A stretch of 64,000 nt of DNA, taken from contig OX597819.1 of assembly GCA_951406725.2 (NCBI GenBank), forward strand, positions 6,386,001 through 6,450,000, read 5' to 3'. Under the pieces are notes generated by a model. It did not search any database. It worked only from the letters and a program-made list of their open reading frames with translations, and was not told the origin of the DNA. The stretch is from Octopus vulgaris (taxonomy: Eukaryota). Positions 53,701 to 64,000 of the stretch are shown here, piece after piece. A program made the translations under genes and the position numbers. The stretch's first letter is position 1, and every line of letters starts with the position of its first letter.

Positions 53701-54502
53701 TATGTATGTATATATATGTATATATATATATATATATATATGTATATGCATTGTCTATATATATATATATTATATGTATGTATTGCGTATGTATATTGCA
53801 TGCATATATTGTGTATGTATATTGCTTACATGCTGTATGTGTGTATTGTATGTGTGTATATATATATGCTAGGTGTATTTGTGTGATATTTATATTATGT
53901 ATGTATGTGTGCGTGTGTTGTGTGTGTGTGTGTGTATGTGTGTTATATATCTGTGTATGTTATATATAGATACATGTTATATTTGTGTGCTGTGTATATA
54001 TGTGATATATGTGGGTGCGTTGTGTGTGGGTGTGTGTGTTCTGTGTGTGTGTGTGTTGTCTGTATGTGGTTTGTGTTTGTATACTATGTGTGTGTGTGTG
54101 TGTGTTGTTGTGTGTGTGTGTGTTTGTGTGTATATATATGTGTGTGACAAACAGACGCTGTCTGACCAGCAGGCACGGACACATCTATTCACACCCGCAT
54201 ACTAACCTCCTGATAACCCCAAAATCATTCATGCATAAAGGCGAAGTATACACCACATTGGCTACTTCTGTTCTCTCAGTTCAGCCTTTCTGCTAATACT
54301 GACAGGTCAGTAAAAACATACTTAAAATATTCTGAGATGGACAAAAAATCCATTTTAATTTTTGCTGTCAAAACGCTGTATATATATACCAAAGATTGTA
54401 TATATATACATGTAATGTGACAATTTGCGACAACCAATAATTAACGCAACCAATTCCCAATAATATATTTGTTTTATCCTTTTCTGCCAAATTTTCCCAA
54501 AT

Positions 54503-54730
54503 AATGTGACAATTATGTATAAAAAAACATTTTTGAATTCATAATATCCAATGTGACAATTATGTAAAAAACTTTTTTGAATGCATAATATTCAATGTGA
54601 CAATTATGTAAAAAACTTTTTTTGAACCCATAATATCCAATGTGACAATTATGTAAAAAACTTTTTTGAATGCATAATATTCAATGTGACAATTATGTAA
54701 AAAACTTTTTTGAACCCATATTATTCAATG
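54503..54730 (+). repeat. ~43-47-bp minisatellite, about 5 copies
   Basis: aatgtgacaattatgtaaaaaacttttttgaa(t/c)(g/c)cataatat repeated. Confidence 0.9.
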
Positions 54731-54744
54731 TTTCCTTAAATGTA

Positions 54745-54785
54745 ACTTTTGACAATCTTTTACCAAAGAGTGAAACCGGTTAAGT
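54745..54785 (+). ncRNA. Degenerate U3-A8 hammerhead before AATAAA and (TA)n
   Basis: actt TTGACAA TCTTT tacc AAAGA gt GAA ACCGGT T aagt. Confidence 0.55.
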
Positions 54786-54824
54786 AAATAAACATCGTTT
54801 AAATTGCATTTTCAAACCTTTTTT

Positions 54825-54884
<60 letters not shown>

Positions 54885-54889
<5 letters not shown>

Positions 54890-55367
54890 ATATTTCGGAA
54901 TAGTCATATTGCCAGTTTAGCCAATAAAAACACACGCACTATATATTTGGTGTTATTTTGCTGCAGTGATATTTATTTTTTACATTAATCTTAATCTTAT
55001 TTCGGCCAAAGTTCTTTCGTCACACTCCTGTGACCGCATCAGTGGTCCTTTGTTTTCTTCTCACTTATTTGTGTCTCTCCTTACTAACCGTCAGCCATTT
55101 TGTATTTCTATTGTATGTCTTCATTTGCGCATGCTTATATCTCTATGTGCGTCTATGCTTATTTAGTGTGTGTGTGGGGGGGATGCCTGTAATATTTGTA
55201 TCTTCTGTCTATATACATTCTTGTAATTTGTATTTTGTTTTTGTTGTTGTTGTTTGTTGTTCTAATTTTGTTCATGTGTTTACATCCACCCATTATTATC
55301 ATTACATATGCTTGTATGTATGTATAACAACAATATTAGTAATAATAATAATAAATCTAATCGAAAA

Positions 55368-55398
<31 letters not shown>

Positions 55399-55433
55399 CA
55401 TATATACATATACACACATATATACACATATAC

Positions 55434-55478
<45 letters not shown>

Positions 55479-57540
55479 CATAGATATATATACATATATA
55501 TAGTTATTCATTTCTATTTGTTTATTTATCTGTGTATTTATTATGTTTTCAGGATCCTCTATCGTCATATGTTGTGGTGTGTGCTATTGCTCCATTCTAG
55601 TTTTCTATTCAGGCTAGGTTTATTTTCTATTATATGTGTAGCTTCAGTAATTTGTCTAATTGTTGCATCTGTTCTATGTGTGGACAATATCTTAATCTCT
55701 ATGTTATTGATTGATCCCTCGTGTTCCTGTTCGGCGTGTTGGTACAGAATCGATGAGCTTTTACCTTCCTTGAGTTGTCTCCAATGTTCATTCACCCGCT
55801 CTCCTATGCTTCTTGCTGTTTCCCCTACGTATGTTACTGTCTTGTTACTGCATCGTCCTTCTATACATCTTATACTATAGACTACATTTCTGGCTTTACA
55901 GTTTGTTTGTGGGCTAAATCTACATACAGTGCAATAGTTATCCGTACAGAGGGTTCTACTAAAAGGATAGGTTCTACCAATTATAGATTTGATAGGGTTG
56001 CCTGGCTTTTCAACAACCTTAATTCTTAGTTTAAGTTTATCTAGGGTCCTTCTAAAGGGGTACGCTAGTTCACCTCCAGGGGTGGTGTCAACGAACATGA
56101 CACTCTGGTATTTATGGCTATCATACCAAGAGTTGGCCTTCCCAATTCTCTTTTTTGTCCTTTCTATAGTGTTCCATGACTTGTTCCTATAGATTGGGCA
56201 AATCCCATTCCTATCATTACATAATATATTATCAAATTTCTTCATGGCTCCTTTGTATACTCTGATCTTTTCTTTATGGATGTAACCTGAGAACTGCATG
56301 CGGTGAATGAAATACTGTATGTGTCTCTTTAATTCTGTAGGCTCGCACATGCGTGACACATTTCTCATTATTCTGACGAGGTCTGCCATCAAAATATTGA
56401 ATTTGCCATTGCCCGCAATGGCTGAGTTCCGGTGGATCAGGTATTTTGAGGCCATAGGTTTTGCATAGTATGAATGAAGGATTTGGGTTTTATTTTTCAC
56501 AATTTCTAGCCAGAGTTCAGTGTCTAGTACTGGTAGTCTATGGTTGGGGTGTTTAGTGGGGTAGTCTATTGTGACCTTAATACTCTGGTGGATGGAGTTA
56601 GCTATTTGCTGGATGCTCTCCATAGTATTAGTTTCTATTACTATATCAACATTACTCTCTTGTCGGGGTGCCTTTACTACTATGTTGATATCATCAACAT
56701 AGCGAGAGTACATGTTTACGAGTATGGATTTCTGCAGTAGGCATTCTTTAAGCCTTCTGTCCCACCATATCATGAAAAGGTTGGCCACATCACCAGCGAT
56801 ACTAACACCGATGGCTGCCCCCTCGTCCTGGGCATATATTTTATTATTAAATTTAAATGTGTGGCCTTTTAGGGTAACTCTTATACTAGCTCCTAGTGCA
56901 TGTGCGATCATTTTCTTTACCTGATGGACATTTGCGGGGCTCCGTATGGCTCTGGTCCATCCGCGCCATCTTTCTATATGTGTCTTCCTAGCCATAGAAG
57001 TAATTTTTTTTTTCGATTAGATTTATTATTATTATTACTAATATTGTTGTTATACATACAAGCATATGTAATGATAATAATGGGTGGATGTAAACACATG
57101 AACAAAATTAGAACAACAAACAACAACAACAAAAACAAAATACAAATTACAAAAATGTATATAAACAGAAGATACAAATATTACAGGCATCCCCCCACAC
57201 ACACACACTAAATAAGCATAGACGCACATAGAGATATAAGCATGCGCAAATGAAGACATACAATAGAAATACAAAATGGCTGACGGTTAGTAAGGAGAGA
57301 CACAAATAAGTGAGAAGAAAACAAAGGACCACTGATGCGGTCACAGGAGTGTGACGAAAGAACTTTGGCCGAAATAAGATTAAGATTAATGTAAAAAATA
57401 AATATCACTGAAGCAAAATAACACCAAATATATAGTGCGTGTGTTTTTATTGGCTAAACTGGCAATATGACTACTCCGAAATATAACAATATCTGTTTCA
57501 ACACACGACTTCACATAAAAAATCTTGCACAATAAATATT

Positions 57541-57545
<5 letters not shown>
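54885..57545 (-). mobile_element. 5'-truncated Penelope-like element with inverted terminal (pLTR-like) repeats
   Basis: 54885-55370 is the near-perfect reverse complement of 57001-57490; the repeats bracket an RT/GIY-YIG ORF; (TA)n on both flanks. Confidence 0.88.
55565..56995 (-). CDS. Penelope-like reverse transcriptase (C-terminal part) + Cys-rich linker + GIY-YIG endonuclease
   Basis: [38 protein letters not shown]..CxxC..C linker, [28 protein letters not shown]....PSLN; RT motif A is absent, so the ORF is truncated. Confidence 0.9.
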   Translation of the reverse strand: MARKTHIERWRGWTRAIRSPANVHQVKKMIAHALGASIRVTLKGHTFKFNNKIYAQDEGAAIGVSIAGDVANLFMIWWDRRLKECLLQKSILVNMYSRYVDDINIVVKAPRQESNVDIVIETNTMESIQQIANSIHQSIKVTIDYPTKHPNHRLPVLDTELWLEIVKNKTQILHSYYAKPMASKYLIHRNSAIAGNGKFNILMADLVRIMRNVSRMCEPTELKRHIQYFIHRMQFSGYIHKEKIRVYKGAMKKFDNILCNDRNGICPIYRNKSWNTIERTKKRIGKANSWYDSHKYQSVMFVDTTPGGELAYPFRRTLDKLKLRIKVVEKPGNPIKSIIGRTYPFSRTLCTDNYCTVCRFSPQTNCKARNVVYSIRCIEGRCSNKTVTYVGETARSIGERVNEHWRQLKEGKSSSILYQHAEQEHEGSINNIEIKILSTHRTDATIRQITEATHIIENKPSLNRKLEWSNSTHHNI

Positions 57546-57628
<83 letters not shown>

Positions 57629-58268
57629 TATACATAGCTACACGTGTGTTTTGCTATGTTCTTATATACTTATATACTATTAAGTGGGAGACACTAGACA
57701 TCAATGCCAAGTTGGAAATACAGGGGGTAAAATCGGTGAAAGACAGGGATAATGAAGTCTACATAGACGTAGACGCCATATTTGGATTGAAATTTAAGTA
57801 AACATGGTATTGTTCTCAGTGGTGGGAAGGATGTAGGTAAGAAGTGAGAAGCTTGACTCTAAGAAAGAAACATGATGTGTAGTTTGCTTGTGGATAACAG
57901 GTGTTGTGTGTCGTCTAGGCTGGAGAGAAATACTCGGATGTCTTAGAAGAAGTAGAATTGGCCAGAAACTGGTGGATCTGTTTTTTCGTCATCATAGCGA
58001 AAGCTTTCAGACGGTTAGAGCATGGAAAGGTCACGAAAATCCCTGTGCGTGTTTATGAGTGCACATACGCTTGTTGGTGTATGTGCATGTATGTACGTGC
58101 GATTGTATGTGTATACATTCTGAGAAGACAGTATTAGCGAACAGTCGAAGTGTTTAAACATAGAGACACAAAAAATATATATGAATATACATGTATTATG
58201 TAACTATATATGTATGAATGTACGTATGAACGTATGTATATGTGTGTATGCATGTATATATATGTATA

Positions 58269-58316
<48 letters not shown>

Positions 58317-59341
58317 TATATAGACATATATATAGAGAGAGACATATACATATATATGCGCGCGCTTGTGTGTGTGTATACACACACATGCACGCAATAT
58401 CTTTTACATACACACACAGAGGCATAAATCTATTCAGAACTATGTGCGTTAAACAAGTATTACCATTATATTTACAGCAATATTTGAAAATTTGTGTTTG
58501 TCTAAAAGAAAATTAATTCGCACAAGAATATTTTTTTGAATATGAAAATATTCTACTGTATCAAAGATGTACCGTGTATTCTTATAATTATATCAATATA
58601 TATAAAAAAAATGATTACTCGAAACTTTTATGTCATGAGCGCTTTCATCGTATTTTTCAACCTGTAACTTACATTTACATACCATTTCGAATAAAAACCT
58701 GCAAATAAATTTATCGCTAAACACGTGCGCTCACACACGCAAACACATACACACAAACGCGCAAACACGCACATAAAGCATGCACACACGCACACACATA
58801 TATATCAAGCAACATATCAAAGAAACCCATATTTGCACGTAATTCCTGTTTCTATAAAACATAAATATTCTTGCTAAATGAAACACGCACATCTACATAT
58901 ACAGACACACCTTACATATATACACTTAAACATACATACGTAAACACACGATTTGGATTCTTAGACATTTACAAAATTACATGCATAATCACATGCATAC
59001 CGAAATGCAGATATTCATTATACAAACGCATACATAAAAGATACACATAAAAGTTCTTGTACTAAAAAAATAAATCAATCAAATCGATTTTCATGCAATG
59101 AAACTTCAGAATGTTACCTAACTATCAACTTTCTGTGTTTATATGATTCACTTACCTCATCTCTGTATCATTAATTGTTAAAAGGAAGTTATCCACTTTT
59201 CTTTCTGAGTCAGGATAAATATAAAATACAAATGCTCAGATTTACAAATAAAAGATGCACATGCATACTGACATATACATGCAGGGAGATAGACATCTGA
59301 GGGATGTACACAGACAAACGCTAACAGGTACATATATATAT

Positions 59342-59507
59342 AGGCGCAGGAGTGGGTGTGTGGTAAGTAGCTTACTAACCAGCCACATGGTTCCGGGTTC
59401 AGTCCCACTGCGTGGCATCTTGGCCAAGTGTCTTCTGCCAAAGCCCCGAGCCGACCAATACCTTGTGAGTGGATTTGGTAGACGGAAACTGAAAGAAGCC
59501 TGTCGTA

Positions 59508-59559
<52 letters not shown>

Positions 59560-59760
59560 TGTGTGTCTGTGTTTGTCTCGCTAGCATTGCTTGACAACCG
59601 ATGCTGGTGTGTTTACGTCCCCGTCAGTTCGGCAAAAAGAGACCGATAGAATAAGTACTGGGCTTACAAAGAATAAGTCCCAGGGTTGATTTGCTCGACT
59701 AAAGGCGGTGCACCAGCATGGCCACAGTCAAATGACTGAAACAAGTAAAAGAGTAAAAGA
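59342..59760 (+). mobile_element. SINE family B
   Basis: Full match to family B. Confidence 0.9.
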
Positions 59761-60501
59761 TATATATATATATATATAAGCCCATAATGCTCCGTGAACA
59801 AATGCATACACTACGCACACAATTATGTTTGACATAGCCATATGTGCGGATGCACCTACGAAAGACACATTCGAGCAGACTAAGTTACACAAAGCAAAAC
59901 TTCTATAGTGATTCAGAGGTTTGTGGTTCTCAAACAGGCGGTTCGTTCTGTTCATGAGCAAAACACTTCATGTTTCGTTGTTGCTAAAGTCCATTGAATT
60001 GCAAATAGGTAAATATATGACAAACTGACTTCTCGTTCAGTGTGAGGAGGGTGTTGGCCTGCCTGCTTGCCTTATCAACAGCAGATGGCTTAGCTGACCT
60101 AAACTTTGAAGTCACTGTCAACAGCCTTCTTGTATAAGAATAATAAATACATACATATATACATACACACATGTATATGCGTCTACTTGTTAAACTTATT
60201 TTGCCTTCGATAATATGTCTTGCAAACAACTTGCACATGCAAGTGCTACCAGTTAAAAGCTCCGTATACCGGAAGCTAGCAAGTGTATGGGGTCATCAGG
60301 AGAGAATGCGCGCCGTTTCGGGGCCTACCTCTCGACGGCATCAATGCGCACCGGCCCCCCTCACTGATATGAGGCCCCGCTTGCTAGATCAGCTGGATAT
60401 GAAGAACTCACTATACTTCTAGCCATCGCTCATCATAGCAATATTAATACCTATATAAATATTCAATCCTGAATATATCTATCTATCTATCTATCTATCT
60501 G

Positions 60502-60542
<41 letters not shown>

Positions 60543-60572
60543 ATATATATATATATATATATATAAATATAT

Positions 60573-60605
<33 letters not shown>

Positions 60606-60892
60606 TATGTATAATCGGAAAATGGAGAAAGCTTTTGATCAACAAAAAAAACCACATGACATAACATTTCTATGACACAGAGATGTTAAGTCATGTTTTG
60701 TATTAAAAAATAATCAACAGATGTGGTCCAATTTGTTTCTGGATCAAAAGTTTTTTCCATTTTCTTGATTATTCAAATTTGATAGTGCGCCTGCATACCC
60801 ATGCCGAGGGACAGCACAAGTAATTGATACCGATAATAAAAACGGATACTTTTTATCCCGTAGTTGGTTACTACAACCGCTAACTCTGCTTA

Positions 60893-60953
<61 letters not shown>

Positions 60954-60959
<6 letters not shown>

Positions 60960-62156
60960 TTAATTAATAAGGGTGAGAGAATTAGATACTAATTTAATAG
61001 TATGTCCATTCAACACCAAGTGGCCCAGTGCCTCGAGAAACCTGGATTATTATAATATTTTATAATATATTATAATATTATTTTATACAAAAATAAATAT
61101 AAGAGAATGGTCACTATGTGGTTCATTCTAGCACTAGAAAATCCAAAAGGTTTCAACCACAAAAATACATGTTTCACATGAAAGTCAGTACGATTGTTAG
61201 CTCACACGAACAGGGCGAATAAAAGATAACAAAAATACAGATTATTTTGGGACAATTGTTTCGCTATTACTGAATTAAATGTAATTTTACTTACAAGCCA
61301 AAACTATCTAGATGAAATCCACTCAATCACACGCCAGATTTTACCATAACGATAAATACACGTGTGGTTCAATTGATTACATCCGACGTTATAATTCAAG
61401 GAGCTACAAGTGGGTTTTTTGTAAGTAAAATTACATTTAATTCATTAATAGCGAAACAATTGTCCCAAAATAATCTGTATTTTTGTTATTTCTTATTTGC
61501 CCTGTTCGTGTGAGCTAACAATCGTACTGACTTTCATGTGAAACATGTATTTTTGTAGTTGAAACCTTTTGGATTTTCTAGTGCTAGAATGAGCCACATA
61601 GTGACCATTCTCTTATATTTATTTTTGTATAAAATAATATTATAATATATTATAAAATATTATAATAATCCAGGTTTCTCGAGGCACTGGGCCATTTGGT
61701 GTTGAATGGACATACTATTAAATTAGTATCTAATTCTCTCACCCTTATTAATTAATTATAATTATGCTACATTTATTTCTAAATGTAGTATTTGTTTCCG
61801 TGAAAGTTTGGCGCGCTGTTAGTAGGGGCATTTGAATTATAACGTCGGATGTAATCAATTGAACCACACGTGTATTTATCGTTATGGTAAAATCTGGCGT
61901 GTGATTGAGTGGATTTCATCCAGATAGTTTTGGCTGAGGAGCTACAAGTGGGTTTTTTGTAAGTAAAATTACATTTAATTCATTAATAGCGAAACAATTG
62001 TCCCAAAATAATCTGTATTTTTGTTATCTTTTATTTGCCCTGTTCGTGTGAGCTAACAATCGTACTGACTTTCATGTGAAACATGTATTTTTATGGTTGA
62101 AACCTTTTGGATGTTCTAGTGCTAGAATGAGTCACATAGTGACCATTCTCTTATAT

Positions 62157-62165
<9 letters not shown>
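60954..62165 (+). mobile_element. Inverted-plus-tandem 538-bp repeat with a canonical hammerhead
   Basis: gagctacaagtggg at 61401 and 61939; 60954-61398 is an inverted, internally deleted copy; (TA)n on both flanks. Confidence 0.85.
61921..62015 (+). ncRNA. Type I hammerhead ribozyme, canonical core
   Basis: cagatagttttgg CTGAGGA GCTA [42 nt] TAGC GAA ACAATTGT C ccaaaataatctg. Confidence 0.85.
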
Positions 62166-62202
<37 letters not shown>

Positions 62203-62231
62203 ATTTATACATATATATATATATATATATA

Positions 62232-62263
<32 letters not shown>

Positions 62264-62309
62264 GTTGTGCCTGTGCCTGTGTGTACGTATGTATGTATGT
62301 ATGTATTTA

Positions 62310-62340
<31 letters not shown>

Positions 62341-62689
62341 TTGTGCCTGTGCCTGTGTGTATGTATTTATTTATGTATATGTGTGTACGTGTGTATAATT
62401 AATATAGACAGCGGTGTGCAATGTTTTACCAAAAAGACTATAATTGTTATTAAATGTGATTAAGGGTGTTAGAAACACCTACATTGCTAGAAATAAGAGC
62501 TAAAACGCTCTAATGCTGCGGTAAAAGCACATAATTGTATACTTACAGGGACCGTAATCACTCGGTAGCAACAGTCGAAATATTCCCATACTGATCGGCC
62601 AGTCCCGAATTTTCGCCGTAGCTGCTTGTGTGGGGTCGGCTCGATTCGACTGATTCCAAACAAAGATCACTACCAGTATGTATATATAT

Positions 62690-63030
62690 GAGAACAAGGT
62701 GTACGTTACGCCGCAATAATATAGGTATAAATATTATATATAAAATGGGACAAGAACGTGAAATACACAAAGAGACGACACAAAAAACTGACGGGTCATT
62801 GGAAGCCTTTAATCTTCAGTCAGGAACCTGATCATCATAGCAAATTTCGGCATATATATATATATATATTAGGGAACAAGGTGTACGTTACGCCGCAATA
62901 ATATAGGTATAAAAATTATATATAAAATGGGACAAGAACGTGAAATACACAAAGAGACGACACAAAAAACTGACGTGGTCATTCGAAGCCTTTAATCTTC
63001 AGTCAGGAACCTGATCATCATAGCAAATTT

Positions 63031-63089
<59 letters not shown>

Positions 63090-63246
63090 GGAACAAGGTG
63101 TACGTTACGCCGCAATAATATAGGTATAAACATTATATATAAAATGGGACAAGAACGTGAAATACACAAAGAGACGACACAAAAAACTGACGGGTCATTC
63201 GAAGCCTTTAATCTTCAGTCAGGAACCTGATCATCATAGCAAATTT

Positions 63247-63297
<51 letters not shown>

Positions 63298-63454
63298 GGA
63301 ACAAGGTGTACGTTACGCCGCAATAATATAGGTATAAAAATTATATATAAAATGGGACAAGAACGTGAAATACACAAAGAGACGACACAAAAAACTGACG
63401 GGTCATTCGAAGCCTTTAATCTTCAGTCAGGAACCTGATCATCATAGCAAATTT

Positions 63455-63491
<37 letters not shown>

Positions 63492-64000
63492 GGAACAAGG
63501 TGTACGTTACGCCGCAATAATATAGGTATAAAAATTATATATAAAATGGGACGAGAACGTGAAATACACAAAGAGACGACACAAAAAATGGACGGGTCAT
63601 TCGAAGCCTTTAATCTTCAGTCAGGAACCGGATCATCATAGCAAATTTCGGCATATATATATATATATATATTAGGGAACAAGGTGTACGTTACGCCGCA
63701 ATAATATAGGTATAAAAATTATATATAAAAAGGGACAAGAACGTGAAATTCACAAAGAGACGACACAAAAAACTGACGGGTCATTCGAAGCCTTTAATCT
63801 TCAGTCAGGAACCGGATCATCATAGCAAATTTCGGCTGATTAATCCTGATATTGCTCCGAAACGGCCAGCCCCAATGAAAAACTAAGCTGCGAGCATTAG
63901 ATTTTTGGGAAAAAGGATCGAATGTAAACGAAACAAGGACAGAAAAACGGACGAAGCCACACGAATATAAATACAAAAGACAAAAATAAAATAAAAAACA
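62690..64000. repeat. Array of six ~164-bp units separated by variable (TA)n; the last unit continues as the longer element
   Basis: Units start at ~62690, 62870, 63087, 63295, 63489 and 63673; the first five end at tttcggc. Confidence 0.92.

Noticed and set aside
55520-55570. Hammerhead or SECIS overlapping the Penelope stop codon (atgacga..gaaaac)
   Set aside because: The core and stems do not fit either model.
57680-58040. Possible LINE 3' remnant (also 6000-6340 and 40700-41080)
   Set aside because: Too decayed to identify by eye.
60280-60400. GC-rich patch with ggggcc/ggcccc-GAAAC on the minus strand
   Set aside because: The 5' core lacks CUGANGA and stem III; probably a decayed repeat, not assignable.
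62690-63840. CRISPR-like repeat/spacer appearance
   Set aside because: Repeats are ~164 bp, spacers are pure (TA)n, there are no cas genes and the DNA is eukaryotic.

Overview
AT-rich eukaryotic genomic DNA, dense in microsatellites and transposable elements. The tRNA-derived SINE families resemble those of Octopus, so a coleoid cephalopod is inferred. Nearly all ORFs in the track are translated microsatellites. Recognisable TE coding remnants: a frameshifted CR1/L2-group LINE (18.1-21.4 kb), a 5'-truncated Penelope-like element (RT + GIY-YIG, 55.6-57.0 kb) between ~490-bp inverted repeats, a second Penelope EN fragment, an R4/Dong fragment in (TAA)n, a Tx1/L1 fragment in (GATA)n, and Helitron and mariner relics. 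Three SINE families give more than 20 copies. Main finding: about eight unrelated non-coding repeat families, most next to (TA)n and arranged as tandem or inverted-plus-tandem units (periods 355, 362 and 538 bp where measurable), carry minimal type-I hammerhead ribozyme folds. Most have a palindromic stem III, and core positions 3/8 co-vary across families (C-G, U-A, G-C). This looks like a diverse Penelope-associated retrozyme system. Also seen: a phase-compatible two-exon candidate host gene (17.7 and 25.7 kb) that may encode a small secreted prepropeptide, and a SINE-LINE pair sharing a co-varying 3' stem-loop. All calls were made by eye; no searches or folding programs were run.
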